From a virus (taxonomy: Duplodnaviria; Caudoviricetes): 30,844 nt of DNA. The notes below the pieces were generated by a model. The model did not search any database, was not told where the DNA came from, and saw only the letters and a program-made list of their open reading frames with translations. The stretch lies in the IMG/VR virus record IMGVR_UViG_3300022930_000025, positions 1 to 30,844 of that record; one strand, 5' to 3'. This document shows positions 7,725-17,845 of this stretch, piece after piece. The stretch's first letter is position 1. Each line of letters starts with the position of its first letter. The position numbers were made by a program, and so were the translations under genes.

Positions 7725-8152
7725 AAAAAACGCCTTCAGAAGTCGAATACGCTTTACGCAGTTTTTTACAGAACAGCATGCTTTTTACTGATCCAAAAAA
7801 ACCAAACGGTCTGCTTGGGTTTAATCGTCTTGATAATTCAATTTTAGAAGATACGATAATATCAGCGCTTACATTGGATGCCAAACAGATACAGGAAGGG
7901 TTAATAAATGTAAATATTTATGTACCAAACCTGGTTTTGAAGTTTGAGAACAATATTATTGATAAGTCACAGAAAAACGCTAAAAGAATTGCCGAAATAA
8001 ACAGGCTTGCAATGGATACCTTTTCTGATGATGAAATTTTTATTGATAACTATAATTTCTATTACCAGCAGTCAAGAACATACCAGAACACCGAAAACCT
8101 TAACGAACATTTAATAAACATTAGAATAGAGTTTACAGCAGTTAATTTATAA
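7721..8152 (+). CDS. Tail terminator protein
   Basis: Directly before the major tail gene; GLINVNIYVP motif; ATGA overlap with the upstream stop. Confidence 0.7.
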   Translation: MKKTPSEVEYALRSFLQNSMLFTDPKKPNGLLGFNRLDNSILEDTIISALTLDAKQIQEGLINVNIYVPNLVLKFENNIIDKSQKNAKRIAEINRLAMDTFSDDEIFIDNYNFYYQQSRTYQNTENLNEHLINIRIEFTAVNL

Positions 8153-8171
8153 ACCTTTAAAAAATATTATC

Positions 8172-8681
8172 ATGCCAAAAGCAGTATACGGTATTTCAGA
8201 ATCCAAAATGGGTGCAGCAGGAGCCAACGGCGCAATGGGTACCACTTTGGTAAATATCACACAGATCGTTGAAGATTCTGTACAGGTTACCTTTCCTGAA
8301 TCGGAGGTTACCAATATTACACCTGAAGAAATGGACAGCCCTTTTGTTTCTTTAGAAACCAAGGGTATTAAAACAATTGTACTCCAAACCCTTAACATGG
8401 AAATTGCGGCATTGCCTCGTTTCTTTGGTGGTGCGGTTGCAACAGGTACATTTACACCAGGTATAAACTTTACTATTCCTGATCAATCTTTCCAGTTTAC
8501 AACCCGTTTATTGATGGGCGTTAAACAAACTTGGAAATTTCCACGTGTAGCTTGCCAGGTGTCAATCGACGCTAACCCGTCGAAAAAAGATGTAATTAAA
8601 CTTACCCTAACATTTACGGTTTTACAGCCAGTAGATGCAGGAGGCGCGGCTTTACCAGACTTCACGGTTACAGAAGCATAG
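8172..8681 (+). CDS. Major tail tube protein
   Basis: 169-aa beta-rich protein between tail terminator and chaperone genes, followed by a terminator. Confidence 0.8.
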   Translation: MPKAVYGISESKMGAAGANGAMGTTLVNITQIVEDSVQVTFPESEVTNITPEEMDSPFVSLETKGIKTIVLQTLNMEIAALPRFFGGAVATGTFTPGINFTIPDQSFQFTTRLLMGVKQTWKFPRVACQVSIDANPSKKDVIKLTLTFTVLQPVDAGGAALPDFTVTEA

Positions 8682-8700
8682 TCTATTTTTTTACAAGCTT

Positions 8701-8734
8701 AAAAGCCATGCTAATATATTGGCATGGCTTTTTT
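8701..8734 (+). terminator. Intrinsic terminator after the major tail gene
   Basis: AAAAGCCATGC-N10-GCATGGCTTTT plus T-run; the ORF-track start at 8724 lies inside this stem. Confidence 0.85.
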
Positions 8735-8747
8735 ATTTAAAAACCAA

Positions 8748-9341
8748 ATGATCGAACAGGAATTAACACAAAATGAGATATTGAGCAAAAAAGCCAAACT
8801 CATTAATGATAAACCGCTATTTATAACGGTAAATATAGAGCCACAGAATTTTAAGGAAAAAGTAAAGCAGTTTTTTTTCCTGATGAGAAAAAGCAAAAGG
8901 TTTACCGTAAAGGGAATTAATCTAGGTACCCTTATCAATATATCTGATCTTCTTTTAAAGATAGATTATGAAGAGAAACCACCAAAAGACGAAAACCAAT
9001 TAGCATGGGCATATGATGTGATCAGAAAAAACGGGCTTATTTCTGTACAGGTTATCTGTATGGCTGTACACAACCTAGAGAGCGACTATCCAAAAGAATA
9101 TGAGCGGCTTTTTCTTAACAACTTAGAAGCAGAAGATATAGCGAATATCGCATTTAATATTTTAGATAAAATGAATGTATTCGCTTTTACAAATACTATC
9201 ACCTCAATAAGAAACTTTCAGATTCTGAAATCGGAGGTAGAGCCGGTACAATCGGTGGAGACAATAGCCCCGAACAAAGTAATCTCTTTAGAACAATTGG
9301 AACAGCTGCCAGCCATTTTCAGTGGAGCGAATCCCATATAA
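8748..9341 (+). CDS. Tail assembly chaperone (gpG-like)
   Basis: Between major tail and tape measure genes; start moved to ATG 8748 (MIEQELTQ), downstream of the terminator. Confidence 0.75.
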   Translation: MIEQELTQNEILSKKAKLINDKPLFITVNIEPQNFKEKVKQFFFLMRKSKRFTVKGINLGTLINISDLLLKIDYEEKPPKDENQLAWAYDVIRKNGLISVQVICMAVHNLESDYPKEYERLFLNNLEAEDIANIAFNILDKMNVFAFTNTITSIRNFQILKSEVEPVQSVETIAPNKVISLEQLEQLPAIFSGANPI

Positions 9342-9487
9342 TGTGGGGCATGAGCTACGCTAAATTTATGATGTACGTAGCCAGTATTCCTGATTATTCT
9401 AAAGATGACAGTGAAGATAAAAACGGTAAAAAAGATAAGGAAGAGGTTATCGACAATTTGAATTGGGGTAAATATGTTTCAAAATAA
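9170..9487 (+). CDS. Tail assembly chaperone T segment (-1 frame extension of G, or a 48-aa ORF from ATG 9341)
   Basis: Not in ORF track; -1 frame open 9170-9487 reading ...GGDNSPEQSNLFRTIGTAASHFQWSESHIMWGMSYAKFMMYVASIPDYSKDD...; fills the gap before the TMP gene. Confidence 0.7.
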   Translation, partial: NECIRFYKYYHLNKKLSDSEIGGRAGTIGGDNSPEQSNLFRTIGTAASHFQWSESHIMWGMSYAKFMMYVASIPDYSKDDSEDKNGKKDKEEVIDNLNWGKYVSK

Positions 9488-9496
9488 TTTTAAAAT

Positions 9497-12400
9497 ATGA
9501 GTGTTGACGTTTCGGGTGGTGCTTTACGCTTTGGCGCAAGTATCGATATGGGTACTTTCGAGGCTGATCTTGCCAGGTTACAGCGTGGTATGGACAAATT
9601 TAACGACAGCCAAAGAAAACAATCTGAAGGTATAGAGGCTTTTGCCAAAAAAGCAGCAAAAGCGGCCGCAGGTTTTCTGTCTTTACAGGCTGCAGAAGGA
9701 TTTATATCTAAAATGGTACAGGTAAGGGGTGAATTTCAACAGATCGAAATCGCCTTTACCACAATGCTAAAAAGCAAGGATAAGGCCGATAAATTAATGG
9801 CAGAAGCCGTTCGTTTGGCTGCTATCACACCTTTTACATTAAAAGAGGTTGCGAGTGGCGCTAAACAACTATTAGCCTACGGTGTTGAGGCTAGTGCTGT
9901 TACTCGTAACCTTGAAATGTTGGGTAATGTTGCCGCCGGTGTTGGCTCTCAATTAAATGAGGTGGTTTATCTTTATGGTACCCTAAAATCTTCTGGCCGA
10001 GTTACACAAATGGATATTAACCAATTTGCGGGCCGTGGTATACCTATTTACGAAGAATTGGTAAATGTTCTTAATCAGACCGGTAAAGGCGCTAAGAAAA
10101 CCACTGAAGATATTCGGGGTATGGTTACCGCCGGTCAAATCGGGTTTCCTCAAATCGAAAAGGCATTTCAGAACATGACAGGTCCGGCCGGTAAGTTCTT
10201 TAATTTGATGCAGGAACAAAGTAAATCTTTGACCGGTCAACTTTCAAATTTAGAAGATGCAATCGACCGCGCGTTTAATGATCTTGGAAAAAACAACCAG
10301 GGGCTTTTGTCCGGTGCAATAGAGGCGGCTATCGATCTGGTTGATAACTACCAAAAGATTATCGATATAATCCAAATATTGATCATTACTTATGGTGCAT
10401 ATCGTGCCGCTCTTATCATTACCAGTTTAACCACAACCGGCGCTACATTAGCAGAAACCCTGCATTATGGCGCTTTGGTTGCTAAGGATGCTATCTTAAA
10501 GCTTGTTACCGCATCAACAGCTACAGCAGCGGCAACAACAGCTTTATATACAGCTGTAATAGGTGCTTTGGCAGCTGTAATTTACGCTTTGGTACAACAA
10601 CAAAGTGAAGAGGAGATCGTGCAGAATGCCGTTAACCAGGCCAGAAAAGACGGCGCAAAGTCAGCAGAAATAGAGCAGGAAAAAATTAACGCTCTTATTT
10701 CTACCATGAAAAGCAGTATATCTACTAAACAGGACCAGATTAATGCTTATAACGAACTTAAAGCAGCCACAAACGGAGCTATAGACAATTTCTCTTTAGA
10801 AGAGGTTGCCAGCGGCAAAGCAGATGATGCTTTGGGTAAATATGTGGGTACCATAAGAAACGCTACAATTGCAGAAAGTGAATATGCAGCCTACAAAGGT
10901 TTAGAGCAAAAATTAGATGATTTGGCAAAAAAGGGAATTGACGCAATTTCTATGTGGGATAAACTCGCACAATCTATAAAAAACACTTTTGGTTTTGGTG
11001 AGCTTTCAGGTAAGGAGTGGTGGGAAGGTTTATTCGATTCGGATAAGGCAGAATCAACCATAACAAAACAGATAGAAAAAACCTATAAAAACGCCCAAAA
11101 CCAAATTGTAAAACAAAATTCAGCAGTTGCCAAAAAAGTAGCTGATGCAGCAAGGGAACGCAATAGGTTAGATACCGAAAAAAGAAAAGAAAAAAGCTTT
11201 AATGATCTTTTGGGCGAAGGCAATGTAATAGGCAACTTTGATAAGTTGTTGAAAATGGCACCCAATAAACCATCTTTAGATAAATTAAAGGAAACGGTTA
11301 ACGGATTAATGGATGCTTTGTCCCCAGGTGATAAAGCTATATCTGATTATCAAAAAAAGATAGCCCGTGTAGATAAGGTTTTAGAGCAATATTCTGGCAC
11401 AAAAACCACAAAGGCAGCTACAAAAGCTACCAATGACCGAATTAGGTTTTTAGATGATCTTAGTAAGGTTGAGGCTGCAGCTATTGCGGCGGCTTTAAAC
11501 CAGAATGAAGAGGCTGTAAAGCAGATAGAGGCTAAATATACAGATTTAAGGAATAAGGCCAATAAGTTGAAATTAGGCGCAAATGTTCTATCCAAAATTG
11601 ATAGTATCGAGACAAAAGAAAAGGGTACCACTAAATATAAACAGGAAACCACAGCCCTACAGACCGAACTTGAAAAACAAAAACAGCTTTATGCAGATTT
11701 TGAGACCGTAAAAAATGAGTTGGGACTTGATACTGCCAAATCTAGATATGAAAAGTTGATCAACTTAGATAAAACCTATGTTAAGGTTTTGCAAGATGAG
11801 CAGCAAAAACTTGCTTCTTTACCGGTTGATAGTCTTACAGGCGCACAACAGGAGCGTCTTTTGTTGTTGAACAAATTTTTGTTAGAAGAAAAACGCCTTG
11901 TACAACAGACTGAAGATAGTAAGCTATCCGATGCCCTAAAAGCGTCCGATACATTAAAAACAAAAAGAATTAAGATTTTAGATGATTATCTTAAACAAAA
12001 ATCAATCATTGAAAAAGATGATACCATAAAAGAAAAAGATGAACGCTTAAAGCAGCTTAAAGAGGCTACAGATATGCAATTGGACGCTTTAACAGATGAA
12101 GGCAACGCTAGGACTGATCTTTTTAAAAGACTTTCTAGAGAAACCCTTTTATTGACGCGTCAACAGATTGTAGAACAGGTAGCACAGCTAAATAAATTAT
12201 TAAGTGATATAAAACTTCCACCAGAAGTAAAAAAAGGTATTGAAGATCAGTTAAAAGTATTGAGTGACCGTCTTAATATTGGTGCTGATCAGTCAAATTT
12301 AGATGCTCTAAATTCTAGGAGGACCGATGTAATTGCGGCTATTGCCCTTGAAATGAAAAAGGCAAAACCAGAAGTTGAGGCTTTAAATAATGAGCTTAGA

Positions 12401-14797
12401 CAACTTAACGGCGAAATTGCAAAACTTGATTCCAATGGTGATGGAGCTACTAATTTTGCCGATAAACTTGCTGCAAAATTCGAATACCTATCAGGATCCA
12501 CCGAACAGTTTGCCGCTGGTCTTTCTGGTGATCTTGGACAGGTTGCAGGTGTTTTTTCTGATCTATCGGCCGCGGTCGGTGGTGTAGATACAGAAACCGG
12601 ATATCTTTTAGATACAATTGGTTCTTTGGTTGGTGTCGCTTCAGATGCCGCCGGCGCGGTTGCCTCTTTTGCTAGTGGTGATATAATCGGTGGTATAGCG
12701 AAAACCGTTAAGGCTTTAGCCGGTCTTTTGTCAATAGGCAAAAAGGTTAAGGAAATGAACGCCGCGGCCCGTAAGGTTATACAAGATTATTACGATGCAG
12801 CTATAGAAGGTGAAAGGGTTTACCAGGAAAAACTAAAAGAGCGCGAACTTCAGAACATCAGAAACAATAAAACCGCTATTCAGGGCATAAAAGATGAAAT
12901 TGCCCTTAGAAAAAAGCAAACCGAAGATTACGGAAAAGAAATGTCTGATATAATGGCCAAACTGCAAAAAGAGCAGTACGTGGCAGATTATAAATATACC
13001 CATGGTACATGGTTCAGAAAAGCCAAAACAGATCGTGTTATGGGTGATCTTTCGGGCAAAAGTTTTGATGAAATTTCTAAGCTGTTCTATCAGGGAAAAT
13101 TTGACGACGAAAAAAGCAAAGGTGTTAAAGATTTGGTTGCCCGTTTGATAGAATTGGAACAAAAAGGTTATGACGCTTCTGCAGCACTTGCAGAACTTGC
13201 AAAACAAACAGCTGCAATTTTCACGGGTACCAATGTTGATAATTTAACCGATAGCCTAACTAACCTGTTTAAAGAAGGTAAAACCTCTGTTAAGGATTTT
13301 ACGGAGTTTTTCGAGCAAACAATGGAAGATGCGGCATTAAGTATCTTTAAGAATAGAATTTTAGCCGACCTGATGACTAAATTCTATGATGATTTTGCAA
13401 GTAAGGCACAAAGCGGCGAACAGCTTACGCAATCAGAAATAGAGGCTTTGAGGGTTGAGTTTTTCAACATGACAGAAGAGGCTAAAAAGAAATTTGAAGA
13501 GCTTAAAGCGATAACAGGTGTAGATTTTACCGTTAAGGTTGACGCTAATACACAAGCTTTAAACGATAAGATTTCAGAGCTTTTCAGGACCGGTATAAAT
13601 GATGCTAAAAAATTTGGTGACGCTTTCCAGGAAATATTAACCGATAGCGTTTTCAATTCATTTAAGGCAGAGGTTTTCGAAGAGGGATTGAAAGGTTTCT
13701 ACCAAAAACTAACAGAGTTTCAAAAATCTGATGGGGTTCTTACAAAAGAAGAGATATCACAGCTTCAAGTCGAATATAACGCGTTTATAGAAGATGCAAA
13801 ATCAAAGTTCAAGATTTTAGAAGAGGCTTCCGGTCTTAACTTTTCTTTTGATGGTGCTAAGATTGACGATAATTTTACAGCTCTTCAGGATAAAATAAAA
13901 ACACTTTTCGACAACGGTACGGTTGATGCTAAAGACTTTGGTAATACGTTTACAGAAATTATAAATGAGGCTGTACTTAACGGCTTTAAATCAACTGTTT
14001 TTGCTGATGGTCTAAAAGACTTTTATAAAAAACTTACCGATGCACAGCAAAAGGGCATTCTTGATAAAACAACTATTTCGGAACTTAAAACAGAGTACGA
14101 AAAATTTGTAGAAGAGGCAAAAATAAAATTAAAAGAACTTGAAGAGGCTACAGGTTTAACCCTTTCTGGTTCAATAACAGAAATTGACAGCAGCTTAACA
14201 TCTTTAGAGGATAGTTTGGTAGCTATATTTCAATCTGGCAATTATGCTGCAGAAGATTTTACAGAGAACTTCTCTAATCTGATGAAAAAATCAATAATGG
14301 AAACATTTAAAGCAACTGCTTTACGTGATCAATTGACAAATTTCTATAATCAGTTTAAAGAGCTTTCAACTTCTGGCGGTAGCCTTACAAAAAATGAGAT
14401 TGAAACCTTAAAACTGCAATATGATCAGATAATAAGAGATAGCCAACAAAAATTCGAAGATTTACAAAAGGTAACCGGTGTTAGTTTCGATGCGCCACAA
14501 AACCAGAGCGCATTAGCAAACGGTATTAGCAGAAGTATTACAGAAGAAACGGGAAGTGAGCTTGCCGGACTTTGGAGGGGTATGTATGACGAATACAAAA
14601 AACAGGGTGTAAGTGCCAAAAGAATGTTGGATATTGCGTTTGAACAGATCGAACTTATTAGAAAGATCGAGCAGAACACAAGGGCAACCGCCGAAAACAC
14701 AAACGGAGTTATTGCCCTTTTAACCAACATTTCAAATAATACAAGAACTGGTTCAGCAAGAACTAACAGGGACTTAGGAATAACCCCAATACAATAA
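9497..14797 (+). CDS. Tail tape measure protein
   Basis: 1766 aa; N-terminal tape-measure domain (TPFTLKEV..GAKQLLAYG, QFAGRGIPI), hydrophobic segments, long helical region. Confidence 0.95.
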   Translation: MSVDVSGGALRFGASIDMGTFEADLARLQRGMDKFNDSQRKQSEGIEAFAKKAAKAAAGFLSLQAAEGFISKMVQVRGEFQQIEIAFTTMLKSKDKADKLMAEAVRLAAITPFTLKEVASGAKQLLAYGVEASAVTRNLEMLGNVAAGVGSQLNEVVYLYGTLKSSGRVTQMDINQFAGRGIPIYEELVNVLNQTGKGAKKTTEDIRGMVTAGQIGFPQIEKAFQNMTGPAGKFFNLMQEQSKSLTGQLSNLEDAIDRAFNDLGKNNQGLLSGAIEAAIDLVDNYQKIIDIIQILIITYGAYRAALIITSLTTTGATLAETLHYGALVAKDAILKLVTASTATAAATTALYTAVIGALAAVIYALVQQQSEEEIVQNAVNQARKDGAKSAEIEQEKINALISTMKSSISTKQDQINAYNELKAATNGAIDNFSLEEVASGKADDALGKYVGTIRNATIAESEYAAYKGLEQKLDDLAKKGIDAISMWDKLAQSIKNTFGFGELSGKEWWEGLFDSDKAESTITKQIEKTYKNAQNQIVKQNSAVAKKVADAARERNRLDTEKRKEKSFNDLLGEGNVIGNFDKLLKMAPNKPSLDKLKETVNGLMDALSPGDKAISDYQKKIARVDKVLEQYSGTKTTKAATKATNDRIRFLDDLSKVEAAAIAAALNQNEEAVKQIEAKYTDLRNKANKLKLGANVLSKIDSIETKEKGTTKYKQETTALQTELEKQKQLYADFETVKNELGLDTAKSRYEKLINLDKTYVKVLQDEQQKLASLPVDSLTGAQQERLLLLNKFLLEEKRLVQQTEDSKLSDALKASDTLKTKRIKILDDYLKQKSIIEKDDTIKEKDERLKQLKEATDMQLDALTDEGNARTDLFKRLSRETLLLTRQQIVEQVAQLNKLLSDIKLPPEVKKGIEDQLKVLSDRLNIGADQSNLDALNSRRTDVIAAIALEMKKAKPEVEALNNELRQLNGEIAKLDSNGDGATNFADKLAAKFEYLSGSTEQFAAGLSGDLGQVAGVFSDLSAAVGGVDTETGYLLDTIGSLVGVASDAAGAVASFASGDIIGGIAKTVKALAGLLSIGKKVKEMNAAARKVIQDYYDAAIEGERVYQEKLKERELQNIRNNKTAIQGIKDEIALRKKQTEDYGKEMSDIMAKLQKEQYVADYKYTHGTWFRKAKTDRVMGDLSGKSFDEISKLFYQGKFDDEKSKGVKDLVARLIELEQKGYDASAALAELAKQTAAIFTGTNVDNLTDSLTNLFKEGKTSVKDFTEFFEQTMEDAALSIFKNRILADLMTKFYDDFASKAQSGEQLTQSEIEALRVEFFNMTEEAKKKFEELKAITGVDFTVKVDANTQALNDKISELFRTGINDAKKFGDAFQEILTDSVFNSFKAEVFEEGLKGFYQKLTEFQKSDGVLTKEEISQLQVEYNAFIEDAKSKFKILEEASGLNFSFDGAKIDDNFTALQDKIKTLFDNGTVDAKDFGNTFTEIINEAVLNGFKSTVFADGLKDFYKKLTDAQQKGILDKTTISELKTEYEKFVEEAKIKLKELEEATGLTLSGSITEIDSSLTSLEDSLVAIFQSGNYAAEDFTENFSNLMKKSIMETFKATALRDQLTNFYNQFKELSTSGGSLTKNEIETLKLQYDQIIRDSQQKFEDLQKVTGVSFDAPQNQSALANGISRSITEETGSELAGLWRGMYDEYKKQGVSAKRMLDIAFEQIELIRKIEQNTRATAENTNGVIALLTNISNNTRTGSARTNRDLGITPIQ
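13244..14488 (+). repeat. Four tandem ~105-108-aa repeats in the TMP C-terminal region
   Basis: Units start at 13244, 13559, 13883, 14204; shared pattern L.D.(I/L)..(L/I)F..G.....F...F......FK......L..FY......L....I..L...(Y/F)........L....G. Confidence 0.9.
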
Positions 14798-14800
14798 AAT

Positions 14801-17482
14801 ATGATTTTAGATATTTTTAGAGACAGTAGTTTGTTTGCAAGCGTTGTAATTGGTGATGATACCATTTACAGCGCCTCTGTTATGGGTGAAGATAAGATTT
14901 CTGCAAAGTTTTCTACAGATACACCAATAGCATTAGCACAACTGGACTACATTAATTTTAACGGCGAAAAATACCAGATAAACGAATTTTCGGAAATTAA
15001 GATTAACCATAAGTATAACTATAGCGTTATTTTTGAGGCCACGCAATACAGCCTTTTAAACAAAAGTTTAACAAACGGCGCTATTGTAGTTACCCAATTA
15101 GGTAAACCTTCTGATTTTTTGGCTATGATAGTGGCCAGAATGAACACCCTGGAATCTGGTTGGACCGTTGGAAGTGTTGATGATCTCGACGGTAAAATGT
15201 TGGAGATTAAATTTTTTGGAGATAATTGTAAAACAGCGCTTACCCTTGTTTGTGAAAAATTCGGTTTAGAGTTTCGTTTAGTAGGTAAACAGATTTCTCT
15301 AGTTAAGAGATATGCAGATGATAACGGACTTTTAACCCTTCAATATGGAATGGGTAAAGGCCTTTATGAAATAACCAGAAAGGTTAAAGGTACATTCTTT
15401 ACCCGTGTTATTGCTGAAGGTAGCACAAACAATATTCCTGCTGGTTACAGGGGTGGTAAAGACAGGTTAAGTTTTGACCCTGGTTATATTGATATCCCAG
15501 ACGCCGAACAATACGGAACGCCTGTTGAAATTGGCGTAACTTTCGAAGATATTTTTCCTCAAAGAACTGGTGTTATAAGTTCTGCAACTCTTGTAAATCT
15601 TGCCGATACTTCTATAAACTTTAATCTTGCTGATAACTTCATTACTGGCCAAACGCCATATATTGTAATGACTAGCGGCGATCTTATGGGCGAACAGTTT
15701 GAAATTATAAAAACAAGCTATAACCATACAGATAAAAGTTTTCAGATAAAACCAAATTATGAGGGTGCATATTCATTTCCCAATAGTACGGTAAATATTA
15801 AATCTGGTGATAATTACGTTTTTATTGGCATAAACCTTCCGCAAACATATATTGATGCTGCTGAAGCAGATTTAATAACGGCGGCAACAAACTACGCTGT
15901 TGAAAATTCTACATTAGATGTTACTTACGGACTTGATCTTGATGAAAAGTTTGTAAATGATAATAATCTGTATGGTGTTCTTAAATTGGGTAGTTTAATT
16001 AATATTGTTAATACTCCAACTGGAATAAACTCTAATATTCGTATCGTTTCTATAACTTACCCTTTAGCTAGACCGGCACTTATTAGTTGTGATATTTCAG
16101 ATAAGATACAGTACAGCGAAGAGGAAAGCATAAGACGTGTTGTTGTTTCTAATCAAAGAGAAATTGCAATAGCAAAAGATCAGATAAAAGTAGTTGCAAA
16201 ATATAGCGATTTACGTTTATCAGAGACTTTGGAAATGATTTTTGACCCTTCAGGTAATTATTTCGACCCCATTCACATTAAGCCATTAAGCATTGAAACG
16301 GCAATGATAGCAGTAGGTACAAGACCTCAAACGTTTTCATTGAATGTTGTTTTTAGGCCAAACACAATAAGTTCAACAATTTTCGAATGGTATGCAGGCC
16401 AGTTAGTTCATTATACGGTAAGCCCAGGAACAACCTACACATGGAACATACCGTATGGACTTGTTACCGGTTTAAACCCAGGAACCGCATATTACATTTA
16501 CGCAAGGTGTAATAGAGGCAACAATAACGCTATAATAGTTATTGATACTGCTAAAAGATTGGTTGAGAGTGATAGTACTTATTACTATTTTCTTATAGGT
16601 ACGCTTCATAGTGTTATGGGCGGTGTTAGATGGATTGATCTTAGTTATGGTACAACAGAGATAAACGGAGCTTTTATTCGTACAGGCTCACTTATTTCAC
16701 AGGACGGAATGACTGTTCTTAACCTTGACACCGGTATTTATCAAGGTAGGATCGAATTTTTAACCTCTGACGGGCTTGCCTATAAGAGTATTAACGTTTT
16801 AAATGACGAAGCCCTAAGCGCAAAAGCAAAAACCGATATTCTAAAAGATATGGCTTTTGAAGATGTTGTGCAGCTTGCTAAATTAGGTAATACCATTATT
16901 GTTGGTGGTTATATTAAAACATCACTTTTAGATGTTGATTATATCAGGGCAAACTATATCAATGCTACCTACATCAAAGGTTTGGAGGTTGATTTTGTTA
17001 GAGGTACCATTGGGGGCAACGAAATAGCTAGTAACGGTATATTAGGTGAAAAATTCAGTATAATAGATGGCGCATTTGAGGCGATAGATGCTACGCTTAC
17101 AAATATTACCGCTATTGGTGGGACATTTGAAAACATTACCGTTGATGGATTTACCGCTGTTAACGCAACGGTTACGGGTAGTTTTCAAACGGCAACTTCT
17201 GGTGAACGTGCGGAAATGAATAGTTCAGGAATTAGGTTTATTGATTCTGGTGGTAATTATGTTGCAATGTCAACTGTTTACGGAAGGTTTGGATTGACGG
17301 TTGATGATGGTAGTAATTATACTGTATTATCTACTGGTGGCCTTCAAACTACAGGAGATATAACCGTTACCAATGCAGGGGACTTTAAAATCGGTATGAC
17401 TTACGATTTACAGTATAAAGATTGGTCAGGCATTAATAGAACAGCAAGATATTGGAGAGGTGTGTTAGTTCAGATTTTTTAA
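14801..17482 (+). CDS. Tail tip hub/central fibre protein (Tal-like)
   Basis: 893 aa directly after TMP; LQYGMGKGLYEI, TRVIAEGSTNNIP, FEDIFPQRTG motifs; C-terminal beta-helix-like repeats. Confidence 0.85.
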   Translation: MILDIFRDSSLFASVVIGDDTIYSASVMGEDKISAKFSTDTPIALAQLDYINFNGEKYQINEFSEIKINHKYNYSVIFEATQYSLLNKSLTNGAIVVTQLGKPSDFLAMIVARMNTLESGWTVGSVDDLDGKMLEIKFFGDNCKTALTLVCEKFGLEFRLVGKQISLVKRYADDNGLLTLQYGMGKGLYEITRKVKGTFFTRVIAEGSTNNIPAGYRGGKDRLSFDPGYIDIPDAEQYGTPVEIGVTFEDIFPQRTGVISSATLVNLADTSINFNLADNFITGQTPYIVMTSGDLMGEQFEIIKTSYNHTDKSFQIKPNYEGAYSFPNSTVNIKSGDNYVFIGINLPQTYIDAAEADLITAATNYAVENSTLDVTYGLDLDEKFVNDNNLYGVLKLGSLINIVNTPTGINSNIRIVSITYPLARPALISCDISDKIQYSEEESIRRVVVSNQREIAIAKDQIKVVAKYSDLRLSETLEMIFDPSGNYFDPIHIKPLSIETAMIAVGTRPQTFSLNVVFRPNTISSTIFEWYAGQLVHYTVSPGTTYTWNIPYGLVTGLNPGTAYYIYARCNRGNNNAIIVIDTAKRLVESDSTYYYFLIGTLHSVMGGVRWIDLSYGTTEINGAFIRTGSLISQDGMTVLNLDTGIYQGRIEFLTSDGLAYKSINVLNDEALSAKAKTDILKDMAFEDVVQLAKLGNTIIVGGYIKTSLLDVDYIRANYINATYIKGLEVDFVRGTIGGNEIASNGILGEKFSIIDGAFEAIDATLTNITAIGGTFENITVDGFTAVNATVTGSFQTATSGERAEMNSSGIRFIDSGGNYVAMSTVYGRFGLTVDDGSNYTVLSTGGLQTTGDITVTNAGDFKIGMTYDLQYKDWSGINRTARYWRGVLVQIF

Positions 17483-17761
17483 TTCGAAAAATTTATATTC
17501 AGAAATATAGCCAGAATGTTTTTTAGAGTTTACTGTTAAAACAAAAGGTTTTAATTCTGGGCTGGTGGTTGTTATTTTGATGTATTCTTTTGTTGTTGTT
17601 GTTATGGTTTTGTGATCACGAAGCGTATAAAACCTGTCATTTATCTGTATGGTGCAGCTTTCGCATTCTACTTTATAAGTATATTTTTCAGGCTCTATAG
17701 CCTCTTTTTTACAGCTTAACAAACCTAGTGCTAAAACTGATAATAATAATGTTTTTTTCAT
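17465..17761 (-). CDS. Lipoprotein, candidate superinfection exclusion protein
   Basis: Signal peptide II MKKTLLLSVLALGLLS-C followed by KKE; opposite strand to the tail operon; has its own promoter. Confidence 0.8.
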   Translation of the reverse strand: MKKTLLLSVLALGLLSCKKEAIEPEKYTYKVECESCTIQINDRFYTLRDHKTITTTTKEYIKITTTSPELKPFVLTVNSKKHSGYISEYKFFELKNLN

Positions 17762-17765
17762 ATAA

Positions 17766-17796
17766 CAAATATAGTAATTATTTTGATTAATGCAAA
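17766..17796 (-). promoter_or_regulatory. Consensus promoter of the lipoprotein gene
   Basis: On the minus strand TTTG (17796-17793), 19-nt spacer, TATATTTG (17773-17766); only 4 nt separate it from the ATG. Confidence 0.8.
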
Positions 17797-17845
17797 TGCT
17801 TTTATCAATTATTTATTTTCAACATGAATTAATTACATTTACAAT

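Noticed and set aside
8724-8747. ORF-track start of the tail chaperone
   Set aside because: This ATG lies inside the terminator stem; ATG 8748 has a better A-rich context
17811-17845. Rightward promoter TACATTTA 4 nt before ATG 17846
   Set aside because: Mismatch in the -7 box and no TTG at the expected -33 position; too weak to list, though not excluded
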